Part shown: piece by piece, positions 18,218 to 26,857 of the stretch | Layout of the letters: every line of letters starts with the position of its first letter | Position numbering within the stretch: position 1 is the stretch's first letter | IMG/VR virus record: IMGVR_UViG_3300015259_000005 | Location: 1,244 to 65,243 of that record | DNA from: a virus | Strand: one strand, 5' to 3' | DNA: 64,000 nucleotides | Notes under the pieces: model-generated | Told to the model about the DNA's origin: nothing | The model's input: only the letters and a program-made list of their open reading frames with translations | Database searches by the model: none | Position numbers and translations under genes: made by a program

Positions 18218-18307
18218 CTACAGCGCACCTACCACGCGCGCGAGTGCCAGCGCGGAACCCGTGAGCGAAGCGGCGAACCCGAGGACGGAGACGATTCGGT
18301 CGAACAT
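18218..18307 (-). CDS. 29-aa hydrophobic peptide
   Basis: MFDRIVSVLGFAASLTGSALALARVVGAL; AAAGGA RBS; too short for the ORF track. Confidence 0.5.
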   Translation of the reverse strand: MFDRIVSVLGFAASLTGSALALARVVGAL

Positions 18308-18340
18308 GGCTAGACGTTTCCTTTCGTACTGGATCGGGGG

Positions 18341-18430
18341 TTAGAGGCCGGCAACCGTTGCGACGTTGACCAGCGCGTAGAACATGACACCCGCGAACCC
18401 GAGGACCAGCGCCGAGATTGCGTAACCCAT
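18341..18430 (-). CDS. 29-aa hydrophobic peptide
   Basis: MGYAISALVLGFAGVMFYALVNVATVAGL; AAGGGG RBS; first ORF after a sigma-54 promoter. Confidence 0.55.
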   Translation of the reverse strand: MGYAISALVLGFAGVMFYALVNVATVAGL

Positions 18431-18464
18431 TTTCGTTCCCCTTTGTTTGTTCGGACGTGACTAC

Positions 18465-18485
18465 CCTACTGCAACCCGTGTGCCA
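18465..18485 (-). promoter_or_regulatory. sigma-54 (-24/-12) promoter P3
   Basis: TGGCACACGGGTTGCAGTAGG matches TGGCAC-N5-TTGCW; paired sites at 18545-18561 and 18569-18585. Confidence 0.85.
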
Positions 18486-18552
18486 CGGGCGCGGAGCGCG
18501 GAGCGCGCGCCGTAGCCTATAGTTGCGCACTAGCGGACCTTTCGGTGACGTT

Positions 18553-18897
18553 TTACGGCGTCACCCTAGCGCCGTTTTGCGTCACTCGGCGCGAGCGCTC
18601 GCGCGCCGCCTCCCGCAAGTAGCCGGCCGCCGCAGCGTAGCGCGCAGCGTTCCCCGCGTGGATACTCGCCGCGCCGCAAAGGTCCGAGCGCAGCACGCGC
18701 AGCGCGTCGCGCGCGCTCCGCTCCGCGTGGTAGAGTGCCCACGCGGCGGCGCGTCGCAGCGCGTAGGCGGAACCCGGCACGCGCTCGCCGTCCAGCGTAG
18801 CACCCGCGAGCCGTAGCGCGTCTAGCTCGGGGCGTCCGGCGCATGCTGCCATTGCTAGCGCGTGCTCGCCGTCCGAAAGCGGAACAAAGCGCCGCAT
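18553..18897 (-). CDS. hypothetical protein
   Basis: MRRFVPLSDGEHALAMAAC..; TAATG coupling. Confidence 0.5.
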   Translation of the reverse strand: MRRFVPLSDGEHALAMAACAGRPELDALRLAGATLDGERVPGSAYALRRAAAWALYHAERSARDALRVLRSDLCGAASIHAGNAARYAAAAGYLREAARERSRRVTQNGARVTP

Positions 18898-19127
18898 TAG
18901 CTCGCGTCCTCCCGCCAATACTTCCACGGCGAGCGCTGCGCGTTCCACCGATCGAGCAACCGCAAAAACGCTAGCTCCGATGCCTCGGGGTGCGTTGCGT
19001 AGGTGAGGCGTCCGCTCGGGATATGCAACCGCGCGAAGCGATAGAGCGTTAGGCCACTGCGCGCGAGCCGCGCGCGGTACTCGTCTACCGTTTCCACGTC
19101 CGGCGCGGACGGGTGTGCGCGTGCCAT
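18897..19127 (-). CDS. hypothetical protein
   Basis: 76 aa; TAATG coupling. Confidence 0.55.
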   Translation of the reverse strand: MARAHPSAPDVETVDEYRARLARSGLTLYRFARLHIPSGRLTYATHPEASELAFLRLLDRWNAQRSPWKYWREDAS

Positions 19128-19321
19128 TAGTCGGCCCTCCCCTCTGATAGCGGCATGTCGCCGTTAGGGAAGCACGCGCGCACAAACCGAACCTCGCAAA
19201 AACGCGGGTTGAATCGGTGGCACACGTCCGCGATACCCGAGGCTACCTCTAGCCGCTCGGAGTCGGTTAGGGGCAGCGCCGCGACCATTTCGGCGAACGC
19301 CTCGAAGTGTCGGCGCGTCAT
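19127..19321 (-). CDS. conserved small phage protein
   Basis: MTRRHF...NPRF..VRF..AC pattern seen in many phage early genes. Confidence 0.6.
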   Translation of the reverse strand: MTRRHFEAFAEMVAALPLTDSERLEVASGIADVCHRFNPRFCEVRFVRACFPNGDMPLSEGRAD

Positions 19322-19590
19322 TATCGCGACCCCTCGAAATCGTCGCACGCGCGGCGGAACATATCGTAATCCGTCAACCCGTCCGCGTTATTTTCGACTA
19401 CTGCGGCCCACCCGCTATCGCCAAACTCGCAACCGTCGCCGCCGCCCATTTCGCCGCAATCCTCGGGGTCCGAGGCGTCGCCCGCTTTCGCTTTCGCGAT
19501 CGCGTCCGCCTCGGTGTCCGCCTCTACCTCGTAACGGAATTTCCGGTACTCGGTACACTCTTGCATTTCGTAGACGAAAAATCGCGCCAC
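19321..19590 (-). CDS. small acidic protein
   Basis: YEVEADTEADAIAKA motif; D/E-rich. Confidence 0.55.
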   Translation of the reverse strand: MARFFVYEMQECTEYRKFRYEVEADTEADAIAKAKAGDASDPEDCGEMGGGDGCEFGDSGWAAVVENNADGLTDYDMFRRACDDFEGSR

Positions 19591-19711
19591 TACTCTACCC
19601 CTTTCGCTAGTCCGGGGATACACACGATTACGACGATAGACGCGACTAGCAGCGCGTCCGCGCCTAGCGATACCCCCCAATAGAGTACCGCGAGCACACT
19701 TCCGACGCGGA

Positions 19712-20053
19712 CTAGAATCGGCAGAGTGTGCGATCCGTCGCGGCAGCGTCCGCGATCCACTCGCGAAACTCCGCGGATAGTCCGCGCCCCTTGCGCGCAG
19801 CGTCCGCTATCGGTGTGCCGTTTTCGTCCATCACAGTTACGGCGCTTCCGATCCCGCCCGACAAGCGATAGAAGCGCCGCCGCTCCGCGCCGTCGCCGTA
19901 GACTACATACCCGTCTAGGTAATAGGTACGCTCGCCGTCGCGCGTCGCTACTACCTTCGCCCGCAACCCGAGCGGCGAAACGTCCGCCCGCGAGCGCAGC
20001 GCGTCCATATCGGATAACGCTTGATTGAGTGCCAACCCGTACGCTTTTACCAT
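19712..20053 (-). CDS. hypothetical protein
   Basis: 113 aa ORF in operon order. Confidence 0.5.
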   Translation of the reverse strand: MVKAYGLALNQALSDMDALRSRADVSPLGLRAKVVATRDGERTYYLDGYVVYGDGAERRRFYRLSGGIGSAVTVMDENGTPIADAARKGRGLSAEFREWIADAAATDRTLCRF

Positions 20054-20056
20054 AGG

Positions 20057-21019
20057 CTACCGTTTCCACCTTTCCACTTCCTGCGGCGTTATGCCGTAGT
20101 GCAAGAGAATATCCGCGATGATTTCGGGTTCCGATTCCGCGAGCCGTAGTAGCCGGTAATAGTCGTCACCCGATCCGGCGGGAGTGCCCCACCCCGAAAC
20201 GGTTTCCCACTTCCGCGCCGCGTCACCTTTAGGCCACTGGCCCCAATCGTCGCCCCACTCGGGATCCGCTTTCGGATCGCGCGCGACGGGCAGCGCCGAA
20301 ACGTCTAGGCGCATTAGTCGCGGCAGTAGCCACAACATAAAACCTACGTCTAGCGTTTCCTTCGCGCTGTGCGCGTGCTCGTAACCTACGCTTAGGTTGC
20401 TGCACTCGGGGATAAGCTCGGCATAATTCGCCGTATCGGTGAATAGTCCCGACTCGTCCGGCTCGAAATCGCCGCCTAGCGCGTCGGCGAGCGCACCCGC
20501 GAAAGTGTCCGACGCGCAGCGCGCACCCTGATAGGTGATAACCGAGTCGAACCCCTTTCGGTCAAGCGCGATCGCGTAGCGGATCCCGTCCAATAGCTCG
20601 GGGGTTTCCTCTGCTATGTAGGTGGATCCGATCCCGCCGATTTCCTCGCCGCGGTGGAAGATATATAGCCCTTCCACTTCCGCGCGGATCATTTCGGACA
20701 TTAGCCAAACTCCCGCGCTATCGTCCGCCCCGAGGCAAGACGATTGCGAGTCGCGCGCTAGTTTGATTTTCCCCGCCTCTACCCGGACGTTTTGCCGTCC
20801 ACCTTTCCCGCTGTGTACCGTATCGGTGTGGCACGACCAAAGCACGGGCGCGGATCCGATACGCTTGATTAGGTTCCCCGCGCCGTCAATCTCGCACCCG
20901 AGCGGAGCTAGGAAGCGTTTGATAAATTCCACTTCCGCGCGCGATCCCGCCGGCCGCGAGTAGGTGAGCATATCCAGCAAGCTCCGCGGAGTCTTTAGGG
21001 TGCGTTCGGTTTTGGGCAT
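20057..21019 (-). CDS. M28/M20-clan zinc peptidase
   Basis: CHTDTV, LGADDSAG, RGEEIG..GS, IALDRKG, TDTANY, NLSVGY..AHS..E. Confidence 0.85.
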   Translation of the reverse strand: MPKTERTLKTPRSLLDMLTYSRPAGSRAEVEFIKRFLAPLGCEIDGAGNLIKRIGSAPVLWSCHTDTVHSGKGGRQNVRVEAGKIKLARDSQSSCLGADDSAGVWLMSEMIRAEVEGLYIFHRGEEIGGIGSTYIAEETPELLDGIRYAIALDRKGFDSVITYQGARCASDTFAGALADALGGDFEPDESGLFTDTANYAELIPECSNLSVGYEHAHSAKETLDVGFMLWLLPRLMRLDVSALPVARDPKADPEWGDDWGQWPKGDAARKWETVSGWGTPAGSGDDYYRLLRLAESEPEIIADILLHYGITPQEVERWKR

Positions 21020-21020
21020 G

Positions 21021-22646
21021 TTAGTTATTCTCCGATTCGGTCGGGCACGAGCACGGGCAACCGTTCACACCGTAGGCGCACGGGGCGGGATCGGGCACGC
21101 GCTCGGGGAGCGGCGCGCGCTCGCGCCCTTCCATCGCGTCGCGCGCGTCCGCCACTGCGCGGCGCGTCGCGTCGATTAGCTCCGCGCGGGTTAGTTCGTC
21201 CGCGGCTAGCGTCCAGTCTATCGGGTGCGCGCCTAGCGCGTTCGCTGCGCGCGTCGCCGCGTCGCGATCGCCGCTATGGATTCCGGCGCTTAGTCCGCTC
21301 GCCGCGTGGGTGACTACAAACCGCCGCGACTCGGAAGCGTCCGAGCGCGTCGCGCGCGTTACCACTATTCCGGGGGTTTCGGTAGCCCACGCGCGGACGT
21401 ACTCGAAACTACCGGCCGTCGGGATAGGCTGGACTAGCGAGCATCGCGCCGGCGCGTCCGCGTCGCCCGACTCCTCGCCGTCCGCGTCCGCGTTCTCTTT
21501 TTCCTCCGACTCGGCGCAATTCTCGCAGTGCCCCGACTCGTTTACTTCGCCGTTAGGCCACCACTCGCCGCACGGCTCGCAGTGGGTATAATTCGACTCG
21601 GCGCAATCGCTGCAAACCGTATCGCCGTCCATGTCGGTAATCGCGTCCTCCGACGGCACTAGCGCGTCACAGCGCGACCACGCACACCGCGCGTAGTGCG
21701 AGCTTACGCAATCGTCGCAAATGTCCATCCGCTGCGACGCGGAATAGTTGATATTGTCGCGGTGTACCGAGTTTTCGCAGTGGTCGCAGTGTCGGATAAT
21801 ATCGTCCGCGCAACCGCTACAAAGCGAGCCGTCGGCCGCCTCATAATAGGATAGTTCGTCCTCGGGGTATCGTTCGTCGCACGCGCTACAGGTTTCGTAG
21901 CTTGAACCTTCCGTCAATCCGTGGGTACACTGCGCGTTATACTCCCCGGATTCGTCGATTACTAGCCAATCGCCGTTATCCGAAACGGCGCTAACGTAGT
22001 CAATATACGGGCACACGTACTCGTAACCGTGTGCGATTTTTCGGATCCGCGCGCCCTCTATCGAACCTTCCGAGTAGCCGGCCGCGTGAAGCGCAGCGAT
22101 TAGGCGGGTTTCGTCGCCGTAGACGCGCGTATGTACTAGGTTGCTAGGCCACACAATCGCGCGCGCCGTTACTTCGCCGTCGCGGCGGATATAGGCTAGC
22201 TTCAAATCTGGGCCAGCGTAGACGCGCACGGGATGGCACGGCGACTCGTACGAGCTAGCGCTATGCGACATGCAAGAATTAGGGCCGCTAGTGTAAATCT
22301 CTTCCCACTCGTCCGCGGTTTCGGCTAGCAATAGCTCGGGGGATTCGTTCTCCGCGGCGAAACGTCCGGCCCACTCGCGCACAGCGTCGGGATCCAGCGC
22401 CGACACGAAACGCGCGAGATAGCGTCCGGGTTTCATAGCCGTTTGACGATCGCGCGCCCCTTTGTCCGCGTTCTCGGTAAACGCAATCTGTGCGCCGTGC
22501 TTGACCGATGCGTGCGCGAAGTGGTCGGCGAGCGGCGCACCTTCCGCGGTTAGCGCCGTCCACCACTCTTCCGCGTGCCACGGTACGGGTTTGTACTCGC
22601 CGCACGCAAACCGCGCGCGTTCGCGCTCGCGCCAATCGTCCGACAT
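21021..22646 (-). CDS. large protein with tandem Cys-x2-Cys repeats
   Basis: 541 aa; MKPGRYL..., SCMS, ARAIVW, RVYG, CPYID N-terminal domain, then about 8 CxxC units and an acidic linker. Confidence 0.7.
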   Translation of the reverse strand: MSDDWRERERARFACGEYKPVPWHAEEWWTALTAEGAPLADHFAHASVKHGAQIAFTENADKGARDRQTAMKPGRYLARFVSALDPDAVREWAGRFAAENESPELLLAETADEWEEIYTSGPNSCMSHSASSYESPCHPVRVYAGPDLKLAYIRRDGEVTARAIVWPSNLVHTRVYGDETRLIAALHAAGYSEGSIEGARIRKIAHGYEYVCPYIDYVSAVSDNGDWLVIDESGEYNAQCTHGLTEGSSYETCSACDERYPEDELSYYEAADGSLCSGCADDIIRHCDHCENSVHRDNINYSASQRMDICDDCVSSHYARCAWSRCDALVPSEDAITDMDGDTVCSDCAESNYTHCEPCGEWWPNGEVNESGHCENCAESEEKENADADGEESGDADAPARCSLVQPIPTAGSFEYVRAWATETPGIVVTRATRSDASESRRFVVTHAASGLSAGIHSGDRDAATRAANALGAHPIDWTLAADELTRAELIDATRRAVADARDAMEGRERAPLPERVPDPAPCAYGVNGCPCSCPTESENN

Positions 22647-22649
22647 GCC

Positions 22650-22874
22650 CTAGCCCTCCCCGCGCGTTCGGCGGTTGAATCGGAAACCCGGACGATTCTC
22701 GGGGCGAGCGCGCAGCGCGCGCCGCTCCGCGGCTCGCACGTCACGCGCGCGGATCCGCGCCGAGATTGCGTCTAGCCGCGCACACTGCGCGGGCGTAAGC
22801 TCCGCGGCAGCGGCGGCTATCGCCGCGTCTAGCCGCGCGTTCTCTTCGGGCGTTAGCCCCTTGCCGTTCGTCAT
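22650..22874 (-). CDS. hypothetical protein with internal LTP..xARLDA duplication
   Basis: LTPEENARLDA / LTPAQCARLDA; GGAGG RBS. Confidence 0.55.
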   Translation of the reverse strand: MTNGKGLTPEENARLDAAIAAAAAELTPAQCARLDAISARIRARDVRAAERRALRARPENRPGFRFNRRTRGEG

Positions 22875-22881
22875 AGCCTCC

Positions 22882-22902
22882 CCTACTGCAACCCGTGTGC
22901 CA
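22882..22902 (-). promoter_or_regulatory. sigma-54 promoter P2
   Basis: Same 21-mer as P1 and P3; paired sites at 22942-22958 and 22964-22980. Confidence 0.85.
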
Positions 22903-22954
22903 GCGCTGCCGCGCGCGCTCCGCGCGCCGCGCCCCTTTCGGGTGCCGTTAGTCG

Positions 22955-23191
22955 TCACTTCCGCCCGCAAATTGCGGCACCTTCCGCGCGCTGCGCCGCT
23001 ACCATCGCGGCGCGCGAGCCGAACCCGCGCCAATCGCGCCCGACGGCGCGGCGGCGCTTCCCTTCGCGCGACTCGGCGCGCGACTCCGCGCGGCACAGCG
23101 CGCACACCCGGCGCAGCGCGACGCAATCACACTCTACGGCGACGCGCTCCGCGTCGCGCAAGCTCCGAGGCGCGTATACGAGCTTAGCCAC
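22955..23191 (-). CDS. small Cys-containing protein
   Basis: ECDC...VCALC; GGGAGG RBS. Confidence 0.45.
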   Translation of the reverse strand: MAKLVYAPRSLRDAERVAVECDCVALRRVCALCRAESRAESREGKRRRAVGRDWRGFGSRAAMVAAQRAEGAAICGRK

Positions 23192-23193
23192 GG

Positions 23194-23379
23194 CTAGCGC
23201 CCTCCCGCGTTCGGGCGCGCGTACTGTAGCGGCGCTTTCACTTCCGACGCGCTCTCCGCGTCCGGGTTGAGGCGCAGCGCTTCCATTAGCGCCGCGATGA
23301 TATTCGGCGCTTCCACTTCCACGGTTGCGTAGGGAAGGTCCGCCAGCGCCGTCCGGTAGAGCTTGATTGCGTGCTTCAC
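23194..23379 (-). CDS. hypothetical protein, first gene of the island
   Basis: VKHAIKLY..VEVEAPNIIAAL..; AAAGGGG RBS downstream of P1. Confidence 0.55.
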   Translation of the reverse strand: MKHAIKLYRTALADLPYATVEVEAPNIIAALMEALRLNPDAESASEVKAPLQYARPNAGGR

Positions 23380-23409
23380 TTTGGGAACCCCTTTCGGTGT
23401 GTGCCGGAT

Positions 23410-23430
23410 CCTACTGCAACCCGTGTGCCA
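23410..23430 (-). promoter_or_regulatory. sigma-54 promoter P1
   Basis: TGGCACACGGGTTGCAGTAGG; perfect GTGACG-CGCGC-CGTCAC at 23480-23496 and a partial site at 23503-23519. Confidence 0.85.
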
Positions 23431-24294
23431 GCGCTGCGGCGCGCGCTCCGCTCGCCGTAGCCCTCTGCGACACTTGAAAGTGACGCGCGCCGTCACTTCG
23501 CGCCCGCAAATTGCGTCACCCGCAACGGCTCGCGAAATGTTCTACCAGAATAGAACGCGCGAGGCAAGAAAATTCTATTCTGATAGAAATTCGCGCCGAG
23601 GCGGACGTTTCGCGCGCGGCGCGAATTGCCAGCGCACGCGCACGCAACTAGCGCCGCAGCGGAATTTTCGCGCCGCAGCGGAGTTGCCGGCGCGTGCGCA
23701 CGCAACTAGCACCCGTGGGGGTTGCCGGCTCATGCGGCGGCAACTAGCGCGCAACTCGGCGCAGGAGCTCCCCCTTACACCCTTATCACCCAAAATTTTC
23801 GCTACACGCATATCACCCAAATGCGGGCGAGGCGTGCGAGGCGCGGCTAGCGGCGACGAGCTCGTCGTAGCGCACGCTGGCGCTTCGCTCGAGCTCGTCG
23901 CTTCGCTGCGCTGCCAGAGCTCGGCGAGCGCGGCGACATTGTCGACCGCGGTGCAGCGCCGACCGTCGGCGGATCGCCAGACGGCTTTTCGATCATCGAA
24001 TCAACGCGGCAAAGCCAGCGCTGAAACTCAGTGATCGGTTCGATCGCGGAGCCGAACGTCTCGGTCGAGTGCCTTGCTGAAATCGGCGGCGAACTCCCGG
24101 ACGAATTCGAGGTTCACGATCACTGTGTTGACGACGATGCTGGCCTGCGGCGAAACAGCGAGGGCAAGCGATCGCAGAAGTTGTCGGTTCTCTTCGATCG
24201 CAGCGGCCAGGACTGCTGCCTTGGCTGCGTGATCTTTCCGGTTGTGGTTGCCATGGATCCTCCCAGCGCGCCAGCGCGCCCATCAAATGGAGTT

Positions 24295-24350
24295 TGAAAT
24301 TGGAAAATGAAATGCCCCGTCGCCCAATTTTAGGTTAGGCGACGGGGCGG
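24295..24350 (-). terminator. intrinsic terminator of the 28.4->24.35 kb operon
   Basis: GCCCCGTCGCC/GGCGACGGGGC stem followed on the minus strand by ATTTCATTTTCC. Confidence 0.7.
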
Positions 24351-24352
24351 GG

Positions 24353-24595
24353 TCAGTAGCCGGCCGCGATCACGTCCCGACCGCGTTCGGTCGGGGCGAA
24401 GAACGTGACGGGCGTAGCCTTGCAGCCCACGTTCAGTCGGCGCGCGGCGATCAGGTTGCGCTTGCGCAGCGCGGTGATCGTCGAGGCCCGGAACGTGGCC
24501 TGAGCGTCTTCCTTGCGGAAGCCACGGCGGCCCTGGCCGGTCGACGCCGCGGCGATCTGCCACAGCGCGACCCGCATTGCATCGGTCAATCGCAT
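24353..24595 (-). CDS. small basic winged-helix-like protein
   Basis: MRLTDAM...STITALRKRNLI...TERGR. Confidence 0.5.
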   Translation of the reverse strand: MRLTDAMRVALWQIAAASTGQGRRGFRKEDAQATFRASTITALRKRNLIAARRLNVGCKATPVTFFAPTERGRDVIAAGY

Positions 24596-24642
24596 ACTCG
24601 TTCTCCCTGTGCTATTCGCCGTTCATCGAACGGGAATCCGTT

Positions 24643-25046
24643 TTACGATTTTCGGAGCCGGCGTCCCTGCTCGAAGAGCGCGTAGCTCTCGCGGCGTAGC
24701 GTGTTCTGCGCGATCAGCAGATCGAGGCAGCGCGTCATGAGGCGCACGTACTTCGGCGGGTACGGATTGTCCGTACACTTGTCGAGGTAGCAGCGCAGAT
24801 CGTTCGTGATTGCGTGCGCCTGCTCGCGCGCCGCATGCAGCTTCTCGCGATATCGCTTCTGGCTGCGATCGAACCGCTCGCGCTGCTCGCACTCGTAGCG
24901 CTTCTCGAGCTCGGCGCGACGACGCACGATCTCGGCGTCACGCAGCACGGGCGCCACGGATGCCAGGGTTGCCTCGACGGCGGCGAGCCGCACGCAGAGG
25001 TCGTTGACGGTCACTCGCTTCGCTTTCTTCGTCTTTCGCTTTGCCA
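24643..25046 (-). CDS. coiled-coil hypothetical protein
   Basis: GGAGG RBS; MAKRKTKKAK.. Confidence 0.5.
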
Positions 25047-25074
25047 TGGGGGCCTCCATCGAATCGGATTTGGG

Positions 25075-25305
25075 TTAGGAAAGTTCCTCGGCTATCACGT
25101 CCATGTAGAGCCGCAGTAGGTGGTCACTCACCTGCCCGATCGCCGCGCGCGTCTTGTCGCACTCGTCGCGGATCGCCGGCTTCGACGTGTAGTCCTGCGC
25201 CGTGCGCACCTTCTCGGCCAGCGCGAGCAGCCGTGCGCTCGCCTCTTGCAGCGCAGTCGCCGCGAGCACGAGCCGCTCGTCGTGCGAGCGCGTGTCAGCA
25301 GCCAT
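25075..25305 (-). CDS. hypothetical protein
   Basis: 76 aa helical ORF. Confidence 0.5.
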   Translation of the reverse strand: MAADTRSHDERLVLAATALQEASARLLALAEKVRTAQDYTSKPAIRDECDKTRAAIGQVSDHLLRLYMDVIAEELS

Positions 25306-25400
25306 TGGACATCCCCAGGATGATTAGGCCGAGCACGACGCCCATGGCCCCCACGAAGTCCCAATCGACCGCCGAAATCCATTCGCCTAGTCGCCTCATT

Positions 25401-26000
25401 TCACCACACCAGCCGCACGCCCTCGGAGGGCGCCACGGTGTGAAGGCGGGCCTCGCCGCCGCAGTGGAGCGCGTGCCGGATCGTCGTCTCGAGTGCGACG
25501 CGCGCCACTTCGGCCTCGGGCACCGCGAGCCCCTCGAAGCCGGTGATCACGGCCTGCGCCGTGTCCCAGCCGACGCCGATCGACACGAAGCGCCCGAGCT
25601 CGACCTCGCGCGGGATCAGGGCCGTGTTGATCTCGAACAACCGACGGCCGTCGGTGAGCAGCATCGAGAGCTCCCAGTACGGCGGCGTCCCGGGCTTGAG
25701 CTCCGGCAGCCACCCGTACTCTTCGAGCGACGAGCGCAGCACGCGACTGAACGCGCGCACACTGATCTCGCTCCAGGGAGTCTCGCCGACCGGATAGTGC
25801 ATCGCGCCGAGCATCCCGCCCGAAGCGAGCACCGACGCGGCGAAGTAGCGGCCGGCGCTGCTGCCCGCGATGATCGCGTGCAGGCCGCGCACTTCGAGGT
25901 GCTTGTCGTCGGTGTAGTCTTTGTTGCCGCCCTGCGTCTCCTGCTGATCGCAGCCGAGCAGCGCGCCGAAGTTCGTGACGATTCCAAGTCCGATGGTCAT
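25401..26000 (-). CDS. HslV/proteasome beta-subunit-like Ntn-fold protein
   Basis: M-T-I..; GCD.Q.T...DK; AGS; SIG.G...A; ..CGG C-terminus; start reset to the internal ATG. Confidence 0.65.
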   Translation of the reverse strand: MTIGLGIVTNFGALLGCDQQETQGGNKDYTDDKHLEVRGLHAIIAGSSAGRYFAASVLASGGMLGAMHYPVGETPWSEISVRAFSRVLRSSLEEYGWLPELKPGTPPYWELSMLLTDGRRLFEINTALIPREVELGRFVSIGVGWDTAQAVITGFEGLAVPEAEVARVALETTIRHALHCGGEARLHTVAPSEGVRLVW

Positions 26001-26221
26001 AGTAGGTCGCTCCAGTCGTCTTCCGCCGGGGCAGCGGGCGCCGACAAGTCTGCGTCGAGCCAGACCTCGACGCGGGGTTTCCGGTTCGCAGCGCGCGCCT
26101 TGCACGCCTCGAAGTCCCGACACGCCGGACGCGGTTGCGCCGCCGTGGTGAATCGCAGCAGGCCGTCCCAGACGCGCGAGAGCGCGCCGCACCGCGAGCA
26201 GCGATAGCAGTGGGTACTCAA
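25997..26221 (-). CDS. small Zn-finger protein
   Basis: HCYRCSRC...C.DFEAC. Confidence 0.4.
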   Translation of the reverse strand: MSTHCYRCSRCGALSRVWDGLLRFTTAAQPRPACRDFEACKARAANRKPRVEVWLDADLSAPAAPAEDDWSDLL

Positions 26222-26670
26222 ACGGCGGCCTGCTGAGCTCGTCGGCGCGCGACGAACCGCCGCCGCTTCTCGCGCCACTTCGCCCGCTTGGCCTCGAGCG
26301 GGAGACGATCGCGCACAGCCTCGGCCGCGATTGCGAACGCCTCGGGCGTGTCGTGGTCAACGAGAAAGTGCTGCCGCTCGTGTTCGCCGTCGGTGACGAA
26401 GATCGGTGCGCGCATGTCACGCGAACGGCGGATCAGCCGCAGCGCGTCGATGCCGACCCAGCGGAACGTGCGCCGCAGGTACTTCGGCGGCACGCTCGCG
26501 CCCTCTGCGTGCGCCTTGTGGTCCTGTCGCAGCAAAGCGAGCACGATGTCGCTCGCGAGATCCTCGACATCTTCGTGGCCCGGACGCAGAAGCTCCGTCG
26601 CGGTGAGGATCGCGCGCCGGCGCAAGTACATGGCGCGCTCGTCGGTGCCGAACTCGGCTAGGCGGTCCAA
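26218..26670 (-). CDS. ECF sigma region-2-like protein lacking an obvious region 4
   Basis: EDVEDLASDIVLALL...YLRR....IDALR...TPE; basic tail. Confidence 0.45.
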   Translation of the reverse strand: MDRLAEFGTDERAMYLRRRAILTATELLRPGHEDVEDLASDIVLALLRQDHKAHAEGASVPPKYLRRTFRWVGIDALRLIRRSRDMRAPIFVTDGEHERQHFLVDHDTPEAFAIAAEAVRDRLPLEAKRAKWREKRRRFVARRRAQQAAV

Positions 26671-26857
26671 ATCAGGTACCCCCAGTGGAAGATCGTGAAG
26701 AGCCAAAGGATCAGGAGCACCAGCCCCCAGTCGATGCGGGAGAAAAACCCCCGGCGAAATTTTTGCGCTTTCAGTTCGCTCGGCGTCTGGATTGAGGCCA
26801 CCAAAACTAGCAGCACCATCGCCACGCCGAAGTAGATCGCGTCCTTGACCCGGTTGG

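Noticed and set aside
18465-23430. Three identical 21-mers as a CRISPR-like array
   Set aside because: Spacing of 0.5-4.4 kb with genes between; they are promoter elements. No CRISPR array was seen in the window.
16200-23830. TAG enrichment as stop-codon reassignment
   Set aside because: Island genes (peptidase, Cys-rich protein) are intact in the standard code, TAG ends ORFs at coupled junctions, and no suppressor tRNA is present
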